Position numbers and translations under genes: made by a program. From Lepidodermella squamata (taxonomy: Eukaryota; Animalia; Gastrotricha), in contig JBLDXI010000034.1 of NCBI GenBank assembly GCA_047495785.1, positions 1,302,001-1,366,000 of the forward strand: DNA of 64,000 nt, written 5' to 3'. This document shows positions 24,170 to 43,897 of the stretch, one piece after another. The notes under the pieces were generated by a model that was not told the origin of the DNA, did not search any database, and worked only from the letters and a program-made list of their open reading frames with translations. Every line of letters starts with the position of its first letter. Position 1 is the first letter of the stretch.

Positions 24170-24325
24170 TGTAGTTAAATGTTCTAGGAATAAACAGCAA
24201 TGATCAGCGGGTCGTGTTGTGTAGCAAAAAATCGAAGTACAAGAATAAAATTGCAAGCTTGATTGCTAAAATCATACAAATTTTGATCAATAAATCACAC
24301 ATAAGCTTGATTAGAAAGCACTATG

Positions 24326-25019
24326 TTACTCGTTGTCCAATTTGGAATACTTGTTCTGAATACCGTACTTCATTCTGATCTCATCATAACGTGACTCGCG
24401 AGCTTCATTGCGAGCAGCACGGCCGGATTTCTTATCCTCCTCTTGCTGATTAGTCCAGGTCACCTCAATATTGCTAGTTTTTCAAAACCTTATTTTACGC
24501 GAAATGTTGAGAAAACAATTAGGCTTACTCCATGTCTACCCTTGGTCTCTTGTGGCAACGAATGCAGCAACAACAACAGATGAGCAATCCGGCAAGGAGA
24601 AGACCACCCCCCACTGACAAAATGCTGATTGCCAACACCAACAAACTTACATCGCATGTCTTGTACATGGCGGTATCCAATGAGCATTCATCATCAAGCG
24701 GTAAACCAAAAGGCATATTGCTGGGAAGGGGTCGACATTCTTTGAGAGAACCGCAATAATAACACGAAGTGGATGCATCCAAGCAAGTCTCGCAGCTCTG
24801 ACCATACTTGGAGCAATCTTTAATTCAAGCGAAATGAACAAAAAATGATCATGAAACGAATATGGCGCAAGAATATTTGGTACCAAAAGAGGCTTCAGTT
24901 GTAGTAATTGGATCAACTGAAGCAGTAGTTGTGTCAGGTTCAGGAGCTGAGGTGGTAGGGTCGTCAGCTAGTCCAGACACGAATAATAAACAAAAAATGA
25001 AACATATTGGGAACTCCAT
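24326..25019 (-). CDS. PTTG1IP/PBF-like type I membrane protein (paralogue 2)
   Basis: Signal peptide MEFPICFIFCLLFVSGLA, Thr-rich stalk, CETC...CYYC...C, TM followed by CCCCCIRC, C-terminal EIRMKYGI...YSKL. Confidence 0.78.
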
Positions 25020-26313
25020 GTTTAAGATTGACGAGTCTACGATACAGACATCATTCGTGAAAAGGTTCGTGACTTGCGAGCAATGCTTAAAACTTAGAAA
25101 TTAGCCAATGATAAAAATTTGATAGTAATTATCGCTACTATACCATTATTTCACTGCAGAAATTGAGCTTCAAAGTCCAAATGTTTCTAAGTTTGATATA
25201 AAACCATGGGCAGAGAAAAGTCATGGTTTCGAGGAAAATAGCTTCGTTAAATAGGTCAGCTCATTATTGGAAGAATGAGACTGTGTTTTCAACAATCGTG
25301 ACTGACGGTGGATTATAACGTAAAAGACAACAGATTTCCTACAAATTTATTTTTAATCTGGCTGTTGGCTGGCTGAGTTCAAAGCTGACAAGCAAGAAAG
25401 ATTTTCTTAGTTGGTAACTTCAAGTCGTCGAAGAGGGAAATCGAGACGGTCTCTGACGAGCACACTGAATTGTCCCAAATCATCAAGGTCTCTTGATAAT
25501 CACGCTCCAAATCGCATGATGTTGGCGGAGTGTATTGTGTATTGTTTAAAGGATTCAAGATGCTGAGCTTTTGAGTGAGTGTCCATAAACTGTGAAGGCG
25601 TCCTGTACAGTAGCCGCAAGTTAGCGAGATATCGGAATATCTTGGCCATGCAAAATTTTTCCCTGGGACCGAAAGAGAAAGAACCCCGATTCTACAAGTT
25701 AAAGGGGAAGACAGGTGACAGGTGACAGCGGAAACACGAAGAAGCGAACCTTCATTCTGATCTTAACATCCGGGGACAAAGATCAGAAACTATTCATTAA
25801 TGCGCGCCATAACTGCGTTGCTTTGATTTTCACGCAATTAATTAATTAAAATTTTGTAAATCAAAAAAACATACTTATAGATTGCCGAATTCAGAAAAAC
25901 AAGACAATCTTGTCCTTCAACTTTGAAGCCGCGGTTTTCGAAGCCCGACCGATCGATAAGTTCGCGCCTTTTGCTAGTGAGTTTGACGTGCCTTCCGTTT
26001 ATCCGATGTGCCGTGGGGCGTCTTTAGGCGTGCTCGCGCGGCAATTATGCCTTTAGCATTGAACGAAAATTGCTAAAATTGGCATGTACCTGGCAATTGA
26101 CACTCGACACTATCGAAGGCAGACTCAAGTGTCGATCAGTCATGATCTAGCTGATAGATGCGTTAATGGCGGGCGGATGATTATGAACATGAAGCCTAAT
26201 CTAGTCGCTAGTATAGGGTGTATCTTTGTTTAACTCGAAAAAAATTAAATAGTAGAACTCTAGTCGCCGCTAGCATATATATATATTTTTTTTTTTGCTA
26301 TGTTAGGGTTTAG

Positions 26314-32648
<6,335 letters not shown>

Positions 32649-32942
32649 CTTCCATTTTACTTGTTTCTTTTTCATCGTTTCATCATCCAAGATCTGATCT
32701 TATCAATTCGTATTATTTGATTTGCCTGTGTTTTTTCGTAAATTTCTTATACTAGTCTTTGAACGTATGCATATGTACACAAATTTGACTATTGAAGCGT
32801 ATGTTGATCGTAATTTCATCCGAATTCTTATTCATCAATAATATTTGCTACTACCGCATTTATTGTTTTTTGCTGTAGATCATGTTATTGTGTGATTTTA
32901 TGGCGTGAGAAATCGCCGTCCCCACGATACACGCGGCTCAAA

Positions 32943-35900
32943 ATGAGTGAAGTAAGCAGTGTCAGTATCGATCGAGTCAAAGTTCTAGTTTTGGGCGATT
33001 CTGGTGAGTTGTCTTTAATTTTCCATATTTCGCCAGTAATCTTTGCGTTTGAAGGTGTTGGCAAGACGAGTTTGGTGCACCTTATCGCCTCAGGTCTGGT
33101 TTTGCCCCGTGGTCCTGGTTGGACTGCTGGTTGCAATGTTGAAGTTCGATATCACGAATACGCCGCTGGGACTTGTAAGTTTTTACTGAAACCTTGAAAA
33201 ATCGAAATTTGCTGGCAGCTTAAAAATTCCAAAATGGAAATTATTTTGACTTAACTCGGATATTTCCGCTGGCGGAACGGATTTAGATGAACCGTAGCGA
33301 GCCATGTCATGTAATTAATCTGCGCAGCTATTATCTTAAATTTGTTACTTTTTGCTTTTTATTTTCGTATTATGATTACGAGAATCAGGTACCAGTTAGA
33401 TCCTCCTAGAGACTGAATTTCGACTGGTCCGGCTACATCCGGCTATGGACTAGATCAAACTCGCATTTTGATCTTTGATAACTGACTTTAGAATGTGTTG
33501 CTCGATGAGCACAGGGTTCACAATCATCGAGAATGTGGCGACCTTAAGACCATCAACCAGGTTGTGTCGAAGGATTTGTTTCCGTGCTGACGATCCGGCA
33601 TGTCCGAATCGGCGATGCCATTGAGTGTAAGTGGGTGCGAGGAGTGCGTGGTGAGACTTCTGTCGTAAAAAATAAAGCCCGTCAAGTTTGTCCGCAATTC
33701 ACACTTCTGTATTTGACAAATTAAGGTCTCGAATTTGTGCGTTTGTCTTGGTAAAAATGGCAATATTATCCTTTTCTCTGGCAGCAGGGACACTAAATAA
33801 GTTTGAGGCCAGGCCTGGTACGTACATGACGTCCTCAAGTTGCACCCAAAATGCCTACGAATCCGATGCTGCTGCTTAATTGGCACCGCGCCGGACCAGT
33901 TGACTGGAATCCAACGCCCCAGGTCCCCAGGTAGACGTTGGTTTGCTCGACAAGCCTAGTCGGGTTCCTGAAGAGACGTGGATTGTTGCCAATATGCGAA
34001 CTGGCGCCTGAGTCTAGAACCCATTGGTGAGATTGAGCCTTGCTAGCGAGTAAAGAGTAGCATTTTCTGGGTGTCATTCCCGAGTACGCATTTAAAATAC
34101 CTGGAGCAGAACTAGTATCCTTCCGAGCGGCAGCCGGGAAGTATGGCAACGATCACTTGGGATCAAGTCGTCTAGATGGATCTGGATCTAGAATTTGTAT
34201 TGTTGTTTTCATGGGAGGTTGCTGTTAAAATATGCTGATGCTTTTCCACTCGATTTCGAATACGTCGTTTGTGCATTCCAACCACGGTCTCCGATCTGGG
34301 ACGCGAACTTCTGAGCTCGTCATTAATCTCATCAGCATTGACTGGAACCAAATAACTCAACGGCATTTCATGAACATTTTGAACAGCTGAGCGGAAAACC
34401 GAAGCTTAATTGAACTGCGAAATAATTAGAAAATTCACAATTGAAAACACCTCAATATTTTCCGCTTGTTCTGGATGGTAGATATTCAGCTTCACGAATT
34501 TACGGCTTGTTTGATCAAGTGTTAGTTGGAGCAGTTGATGGGCTATCTCCTGAGCCGAATAATCGCGATTGCCAACGTCAAGGGTGAACTCAGCTCAGCG
34601 GACATTTTTTTGCTATTGGCAACATAGCCAACAAGATACTTCAGAAACCAACAATGTTGAAAATTAGGGCTAAGTCGCAGTTAGCTCTCCATGCAAACGT
34701 GATGAGTAGGTCGTAACTGTTGAGATTTTCATTCGAATTCCTCACCGCCCCAGGGGGGCATGACGGCGCGGTTAGTAAGGGGTGGGAGGGGAGTGTGAAA
34801 AAAGTCCAGCGTGACTGCAACAAATGATATTGCCTTAATACATAAGTATCGATTATTGTTGACAAAAAACTAAATACCTAACAGCGGAGGCGAATCAGAT
34901 AGAAAGCGCGCCGCATGACCACCCTCCCGTCCGAACCGTGGTCTCGTAAACGGCGAGGCAGCTCGGTCTTCAAAGCCTAGCGGCATGACAAACGATGCGA
35001 CCGCTGGAGATGTTAACAACGAAATCGGTGGTGCAGGCGGTCGATTAGTCGGCGCCTCGGCATAAGGAGTGAGAACAATTTCATATGAAAATTCGACACT
35101 ATTTTATTGAAATTTCAATTTTACGGCTCGGCTTGAAATAAATTCGGCCTTGAAAGGCTGTTTTCGTCTAATAGAATCTAAGGAAGCAAATATTGGTTAC
35201 TATGGCTCGCTACGGTTTGCCAGAAACCTCTCCGGGATTTGAATATTTTTGAAAAATTGAAACTTCATAGCAATTATCCAAAATCTGGTGTTAACCAATT
35301 TTTTAAATATTTTCAGCTCGAGAGCAGCCATATTTTGTTGAATTATGGGACGTTGGCGGCTCAGCAGCTCTGCAAGCCGTTCGCCCGCTGTTCTACGGCG
35401 GTGCCCACGGCTACATTCTCGTCCACGATATGACAAACCGAAAATCTCTTCAAAACCTGAAAACAGTGTGGCTAAACGAGCTGACCGCCGCAGCATCAGC
35501 CCAGCCGTCAACTTCCAGCCTATCGTCATCACCCTGGTCCTCCTCGTCGTCGCCCTCGTCATCCTCGAGTAACACAACAATCCTACTACCACCCCAGGCG
35601 CCTTGTCTATTAATCGGGACGAAGGTTGACGCGTTATCAGGCGGTGATAAAGTTAATGGCGAGTACGTTCTGCCGATGTCGAATCGAAAAGCAAGTTCGA
35701 GCGGGTCGAGTTGGCCTGGCCTGGGCGTCACAATAACAGCCGAATCGATATGCAAAACTGTGGGCGGCGCGGAGCATATAACAGTCGATTGTCATAACGC
35801 TAGGTCGTTAGCGCCTGGTTCTTCGAATTCGGTGGCGATTACGCGGTTTTTCGATAAAGTTATCGATGTCAAACTGGCGATGACGCTGTCTGGCAATGGG

Positions 35901-36717
35901 TTGTCTTCGTCGATGGGTGGGTCTAGCAATATGTTGAGTGTGGCGAATTCTTCGTCGAATTCGTCTTCCTCGCTGTTATCGGCCGGCAATCGGTTATCGA
36001 GTGGATCCTCTCCATTTCAACAGGTGAGACAGTTTTAATTTCCGTATAGTCTATCACGACTTGATTTTTTGTACCTGTGGAATTAGTCTCGTCCGTGGAA
36101 AAACACTTTTTATTAGAAAAATTGAGGAAATTATTCGAATCTGTTTGCTGTCTTGAAAATAATGTTTACATGGTATACGTTGATTTTCCCTATTTTCCTC
36201 TAAAATTTGGCTTCGCCCGGTTTAGACTCAAACTTGGCTGATCGCTCTGTAGTTTGTATAATAAAATTCTGAGAATATTCCCAATGTAGCGCGTTTATTG
36301 GTGCGGAATAGAATTTAATTACCATGTGTTTTGCACCTAGTGATTAATTATTATCAGCCTTTTTTCGTCAAATAACGTTATGGGACGCTGAATGTCAAAC
36401 GCGGGTGAAAAAATCGATAATTCAATAATCAAGTGACATGTTCATGTATTTTTCAACTTTTAGTAATAATTTTCTTGTTAAAACTGCCTGGGGAGTTTTG
36501 TTGGGGATTTTTCAGCCTATATCAGGCTTTCTATTTTCCGATTCTCGACAAGTCGATTAAAATAACCATTTTGTAGAAATTGCTCTGTGTAATAACGTGA
36601 AAATTTGGTTAATTAATTTTTTTACTAGGCATTCATAAATGTTTTTGCTGTTTTTTAAGGCCAGATGTTTTTTGAATGTTTACTTTTTATTTTCTTATTT
36701 AGGTTCGCCCCCGCTGA
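32943..36717 (+). CDS. RABL3: Rab-like protein 3
   Basis: [10 protein letters not shown]|[58 protein letters not shown] and RFFDKVI. The last mini-exon (36703-36717) is uncertain. Confidence 0.88.
33300..34620 (-). mobile_element. Degenerate Ty1/Copia LTR retrotransposon fragment in a RABL3 intron
   Basis: Protease [18 protein letters not shown]-pre-integrase WHRRFGH...CEPC and integrase start DLVHS-DVAGP appear in Copia order with frameshifts. Boundaries are approximate. Confidence 0.8.
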
Positions 36718-36994
36718 TGTGACACTGCTGAGTAAACAAAGCCTATCTCTTTCGCCTTCCATTCCCAACCGAATCGTAAAATATTCTTCATAATTCATTA
36801 TTTTTGTTGATATCATGGAAACATTCCATAATAATTAAATTATGAAAAATTTGAATTTCAAACGATGAAATATGCATTTTATTTTCATTTTGTAGGAATA
36901 TTAATAATAGATTTTTCCAATTTTTCCTGCTGGGATATTTTGTGTTTTTGTGACAAAAAAAATCTCACGAAAAAATGGCTGATTCCCGGTTGAA

Positions 36995-39359
36995 ATGACG
37001 TCGGCATTGTGCGAGGCTGCGACATTGACACCCGAGCCTAATTTCAGCGACAACGCGACCGATCAACTGTCGAAAAGCCCGTCTTTCGTCGAGCAGCAAT
37101 TCGTGCACGATGTGTACAAAGAAATCGCGCACTGCTTCACAACGCCGGAGAACCGCCGATGGCCGAATGTTGTCAGCTTTCTGGACTCGCTAGACGACGG
37201 AGCACTGGTTTGCGACGTCGGCTGCGGCGATGGCAAGTACATGGCGACCGAGGCTGCGCTCAATGGCAAATTAGCGATAATTTCTGTCGATTTGTGTGCC
37301 AATCTGTTGGAGTCTGCGGTGGCTTATGCCGAGAAAACGCCGGCCTGTGACGTTGTGGCTTCGAATAACTTGTCGTTAGGTAAATTTTATGAATTTTATT
37401 CAAAAAATGGAAAGAATTTGTTAGAAATTTCAAAAAAAGAATGATTTTGAGAAATCCAAGTCACTGAGCTTGCTTACCACCAAACTCGGGTTTTCACGTC
37501 GAAATAATTTTCCTTTTAGTCCGATTTTAACTGGCGGTGGGGTAATGTGATATCTTCGTTTATCTCAATAACTTCATTAAAATCTCGCGGTTTAAAAATT
37601 TTACTTCCACTTATTAACCTTTTTTGGTTGAGTGGGCAAAGTTCACTTACAAAATTCTTAAAATTGCTGGTAAGGGTTCCATAAGGTCCAAAGGTCCATG
37701 AGATGTTGATTTTAAGAGGTTTCATTTTCATTCGTAATTTAATGTATTTAGGTTTCCGAGATGGCTGCTTCGATGGCGTTGTTTCTGTCGGAGTACTGCA
37801 TCATTTCTCGACCGTCGATCGGCGAGTTCAAGCTCTCCGCGAACTAGGCCGGCTGCTCCGACCCGACGGTGGTCGTTTGTTAGTCTACGTCTGGGCGCTC
37901 GAACAGCCGCGGCGCAATTTCTCAGCCCAGGACATTCTCGTCCCAGCCGACGTCGATGTGCCATCGCCTAGCCGCGGTCGCCTGAAAAAAGCGAGTTCAG
38001 TCGCGGTGACCCCCGAAACGGCATGGCCGGTGAAAAATGGCCATCGCGTTGTGTTCGAGGAATTTCCTAACTGGCCGAATGGCAATAGCGCAATCAACGT
38101 GTCTGTCGATAATATTGTGAAAAAGCTCAACGACGAAAACGGCTGTGTCACCAATGGCGATGTGGCGGCTAGCAGGAAAAGCTCATTATCAGCAGCTATG
38201 TAAGTGATTGCCTCGCTTTTCAGCTTCATACCGATCCAGCTTGTAGAATCGATCAAGTAAAAATTCAGGATTTTTCGATATCAGAAGTTTTAAAAACAAA
38301 TAATAATTTGGCGGGGCCAAATATATACAGCATGCCCTATAATTTTCTCAACCATTTTTCATTTTGCGAATTTTTTGAGGAAATGAAACTAATTTTTCGA
38401 AAAAATGCCCTCTGGGGGATTCTTTCATCCTTTATTTAAGATTTTACCGAAGAAATTTAAAATTGAAAACCCCAATGGTAACTGGTTTGGAAATTTTCGG
38501 TTTTTACCTGGCTGGATCAAATTTCTTCGGATTTTTTAATCCCATTCACAAGAGACATTACTTTGTGACTATTCTTATGGCACTTTCTATTTTTCTGAGA
38601 TTTTTCTGGCAATGACTGTCAAGTCTTTTACAGAATTTCTTGCTAAATTTGAAAATAATTTATTCAGAATAACGCTGGTCTATAATAATAGCTTTTCAAG
38701 TTCTGAACAGTGCTTTCAGGACCACTTAAATATTCCAAAAGCTGGTTTTCCTCACCCTTCCGGAAAAGGAGCGCCCCTTTTTAAAAATATTTTTTTTCAT
38801 ATTTCTTTTATTAATTTGTATCAAGTTGACTCATTAGCCAGAATTTTTAGACACGTCAATAAAATTACCCTATTTCATTTTTTTCAGTTCTGCACCGGAA
38901 ACGAACCCTGAGCCAACGCCGTCGCTGTTTTCCCGCATGTTGCCGCCATTCCTGCGATCGAAACGTGACAAAAGCCCGAATGGACTCGTCAACAAGCCTG
39001 CGAACAAAGAAGTGCCAGCTGAAACCCCGTCGCCAGTAGCTGAAGCAGCAAGTTGTGAAAATAACGAGCCGACCAGCCAACGTGCCCTCTACCGGTATTA
39101 CCACGTGTTTTGCCGCGGTGAATTGGAGAGCCTAGTCGAGACGCTGAATCGCGAGTGCCAAGACCTCAGCGACGTCCACTGCACGAAAAAACCGCCGCAT
39201 CGCCCGGTCACGACAGCCTCATCTCCGTGCTTAACCGCTGTTGAAACTAATTCGTCTAGTCCGATGTCAAGCCATCGCAATGTGAAATTGAACCTCAAAA
39301 TCGTGCGATCGTTCTACGACCACGCAAACTGGGCTGTTGAGTTACAGCGCGTTTACTAG
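36995..39359 (+). CDS. Trm9-family tRNA methyltransferase (TRMT9B/ALKBH8-like), 3 exons
   Basis: EQQFVHDVYKEIAHCF, WPNV..FL, DVGCGDGKY, VLHHFST..RR..ALREL.R.L, YVWALEQ, RYYHVF..GEL..L and YDHANW. Confidence 0.88.
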
Positions 39360-42138
39360 TCAGAGATTTCACTTCATGGCCATCAATCGTCTTTTTTGTA
39401 ATCTCATCATAGCTTTCGTTTCTAAATTTTCATGGCGTTTATCCGGTGAATTTTTAGCCGTGGTTCTTTAGTTTTCCTCTGCCATTTTTTCGAGTGAACT
39501 GACGATGTCTTCTTCATATAATTAGCTGATGTTTGGAATGTTGTTGCGTTTTTCTTCCCGAATTTTACGTCCATAATGAACAATTCTCTTCGTTATATAG
39601 CTTTATGGTCTAAAGCATTCCACTCATGAAAAAATAAGAATCTGAAAACGCGTAATTCGATATAATAATTTTTCTCAGCCAAATTCACATCTTCCTCGAT
39701 TTGTTGAATTACCAATTGCTTGATTTGATTTGATTGTTTTATCGGTCGCGTGAAATATTTCTCATTGTTGCTCACTTAATTTTCGTGACGGCTTTATTCT
39801 ATCGACTCTCGGTTTTATTTTGATACAATATTCAGAGCTACTCTGCACGCGGGTTGTATTACTAAAGTGTTGTTGTCATACATAATATTTTGTTTCGGCT
39901 GTAATGTCGTGCGTTATTGACGGAATTCTACTATTTTTGATCTAATGCACACTGCTTGGCGGGTGAAGTAAAAATCTGGTTTTTTTTGAATAAAACTATA
40001 AGTGATCGAGTGCAGCGAACGTGAAATCAGTGGTGCGCATCGAGGCGCGAAGATGCTGGCGTAAATATGAAAAATTGATGCAACGAGTGTCATCGATCGC
40101 CCGCCGGTGTTCTATTATCTGGCGACGTCTTGCGGCGTTGTTGGCTAAATGGGTTTTATAAAGACGCCGGCGTAAATAACGCGGACAGGTGTGCTAGTTG
40201 CAGCCGCCATTCAATGATATAATAACGGCTGGATAGTATCGCCAATTTCCTGCGCGCCTGAAAACCAGGCGACTGATTGGTTGCCAATTATCGGCTCGGA
40301 AATGGGCTGATTTTACGTTATCCCCATAGCGCTGTGAGCAGCTGATCGTTTTTTCCATGAACAATAGGTACTCACTCTAATGCTGAACCGGCCTAATCCC
40401 GTCCCATGGGTTCGGACTTTGTTTTTGCGACTCATAAAAAGAGACGGCGGAGAGCAGGCCAAGTGGCTCGTTATTATCATGTCAGTATAGTAACCAATAT
40501 TGCGCACAATACTAGCTGTTTTTCGCAATTAATATTATTTGCTTATGTTCTGCTTATTACTGTTCTCGCTACATGAGCAGATATTCTTCCAATTATCAGC
40601 CTTTTACATCGAGGACATTTCAGGAAAACCCTCCATGGCGAAACGTCGATACGAATTTTATTAGGGAAATGACAGGTATTTCATTCCGTATTTGAACCTT
40701 CGTCTTTCATTAGTCAGCTTTATGAACAGTCGAGGACGTGGAAATCAGGGTGGTATGCCCGTAGCGACATTTGTATCTCGCATCATTAACTAACTACCTA
40801 CCCACCGAAATATTTCGCGAAAAAACAAGCACAAAGTAGGTAACCTTCCGATGAGGTTCGAGGAAGAGTTAAGCTAATCCCGGATAGCCTCATCAACTGC
40901 ATTTATTCCCTCGATCGAAAAGTTGAAAATGTTGATGTTTTGAAGCAAGGCTGGGCTCTCTGCCAATGCAATTGCATAACAACCTAGAGCTTCACCTGCA
41001 AAACAACCCCCCAGTTATGGTGTCTCATCAGGGTGGTTGGAAACTCCAGCCGTTATCGCAATTAATCATAATTATCAAGAATCAAGAATCAGCAGGCACT
41101 TGACCCATGCATTTCTCCAACTTCCCCAAAACTTACTTTTAGTAAAAATCGACGTTTGAAACTTTTCGAAAATGTTCCAATCCTTCAGTTTTCGCTTGCA
41201 GAATTTTAGGTACTTTATCTGATGGCACGTCGGTCATAGGCTATTTATAGCCATACAAATTCAAATCGCCCTTTCTCTGTAATCTGCAAACCTAGAACCT
41301 ATGCAGTTTCTCGTCTCTGCGGTGAATCTGTCGCATTCAGTAATAGCTAGTCAGTAGTCAGCAGCTACAATCGAACAATTTATGGCGATTGCGCTTTATG
41401 AAGTAAAAATAGTCTGCATCGCGTGAAAATGAGGCGTGCTGGTTATAGAGGCGAGCCGTACACCCCCGTTGTTTATTTATACCGATGAAACCGATTACCT
41501 TGGCACGTATAACTAGAGGTCTCGACGCCTGTACTTTTTAAGCATTATTTACATAAGCAGGCGAATTGAGCTATGCGGAAGTTATCAGCGCGATCATGCG
41601 CGTTTCTTTCACTTTTTCGCCCATGCACCGCTAGTTGAGTATTGATGCATTGCCCATTCTGGAAAAAAGGAAACTGCCCGAATTATCGCAGTCTCATTTA
41701 AACCCTGTTGTCAAAACAAATCTTAGCTAGCAATAAAATGCACTAAGAATCAAGACAATTTTCAGTTAATGCATATAATGTTGTGTCTTGTGTCTTGTTG
41801 TGCCCTCCTCAGTGATCAGATCGATGCTGGCTGGTCTCTACTCGCACTGCACGGCACGTGTTACCTCTTGCCACAAATCGATTTTGTGTTTGCTGCTCTG
41901 CCCTCGCGCGCGATTTTCGTCCAGCAATGAGCTTCTTATGATTAATATTTCACGAGGGCCCACTAGTACCACGCCGTATAGTAGAGGATTTGGAGAAACT
42001 CGTATACCGTCTTCGGTCCTCCAGGTCGAAATGCGACTTCGATGAGCTAATAATTACAATATTCCGAACACTCAGAAAACCGCCGGCTGAATTTATGATA
42101 AATATTTCCCATTCTATAGGCTTTGCATCTTTGTAAAC

Positions 42139-43645
42139 ATGAGACCACGGAAGAAGATTTCGGTGGCCACATTGATATTATAGCCAATAAATTGGGGCAT
42201 GGTGACGCTGCAGTTTCAGTCGACGAAGGAAGTGCATCTCCTCACCACAACCGCTGCCATTTCCGTCTTTCTATGGGGCATGTCACTTAGCCACGTCCTA
42301 ATCTATACGAACAACAGTAAAAAACTCCTTTTAACCTAGTTCTCCGATATTCACACCTGTTTTACAGAACTTCTTGTGCTCATTGCCATATTCTTTCTAA
42401 TTATATGGGTAGCCTGCTTACTGGTGACAAGTGAGTTTGAGAATATTTGGGAATTTAATGGCGTTAATAAATTGTTCCTTAGTTTATAAACTCGTTCAGG
42501 TGTTCAGAAGAAAACGGCAAGAGGAAGCGAATCAAAAACTGGCTACGAAAAGATGGCTTTGTTCCAGACCTTCTTCGGAAATAGGAACTAAAGTCGGCGA
42601 GAGCCAATCGCCCCCACCACTTCCTGTCCCCGCCACAACAGCCCCGATCTCAATAACCTGCGTCTACAACATGCTAACAGTTAGCTACGTCTCAACACTA
42701 TGGAGTTCCTTGATTATAGGCTCGAATCTCTTCCTATGCGTCGTGGTTTACATTGACGCAACTCGTGAGTACGCGCCTGCAGTATTGGGGTCAGAACCGC
42801 CGCCAGGTAGTGATTCTAGGGAGAACCAAGACGAATCAGATCCAACCTTCCTCACAAAACACATCGTCATACCTCTTATTGTCTACATAGCCTCTATTGT
42901 TGCCTGGATGTGCTCCATAATTTTTGGCAGTTTGCTAAATCAACCCCTCGAGGATGGTGACGATGTCCCCATGTCATCGACGACTTCAGGTGGCCATCAC
43001 GGCGGCGGGGATGACGCGTCAACCCTGCATTACTCGCTGAATTACGGAACTGGCCATGGTTTGCTTGCTCAACAAAGTCATCGGCAGTCAATGGCTAGGT
43101 CCGATTGTGAAAATATTAGAACTAGCATCCCGTCGCCTGGATCTGGGCCGACCCTCGACTGTGAGGAGAGGAAACAGCGGCAGCACACTGTTGTAGTCTC
43201 TTTTGCGAACAAAATAGTGACAAGTCAAGTAGCACCAGTCAGCCATGACCAACCCGCGAGTTTCGAGTATGGAATCGAAGGTCTTACAGAGGAACCTCAG
43301 GTCCAGTACCCTATACCCTACAGATCTCCGTCGAATCCTACTTTAAAACCTGTTTATGCGCGAGTTAGAGGCTACGGCGCTAACGAGCAGTCTTCATGTT
43401 CAACATTGACAGCTGTCTCGCCCTGTGAAGAAAGTAGACCTATTGTCGCCAAAGTTCCGTTTTCAGTATCAGCCCTATCCAGCTTAACAACTAATTCTTC
43501 CGAATCATCTTCTGCCTATCCTTACAATGATGATCAGTCCGATGGCACTACGACAATCATTTTGACTACGGCAAAAAATGCTGCGGTTTCAATGTTACCG
43601 CCATCGCCGACTCGCCAAGGTATTCCGAGCTCACAAACGTATTGA
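42139..43645 (+). CDS. Multi-pass membrane protein with long Ser/Pro-rich tail, unknown family
   Basis: 404-aa ORF with hydrophobic helices, plus upstream hydrophobic exon candidates bounded by GT-AG. The 5' end is uncertain. Confidence 0.5.
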
Positions 43646-43897
43646 TACCCTTCTGCCTGGCTACCCTCTTTCATTTTACCTCATCAGGGAGTGAAAACTG
43701 GTTAAACTTGTTCGATTTATAGCGATTTTATACAATTTTTGTCAAGTCAAGCTTATTTTTTGTAGAATTTGCGCTTTGATAATAAAATCAGCTTTTGAAT
43801 TTTCCGGTAACTTATTTATTTTCAATTTTGACTTTCATTTGTCTGAAGAAAAGCAGATCGCTAATAAGCAGCCTAAAGTTATGTTATTCAAGGAGTT

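Noticed and set aside
25380-25650. Possible small minus-strand exon or ORF between the PTTG1IP-like genes and SMC3
   Set aside because: Short open frames with no motif and no convincing gene structure.
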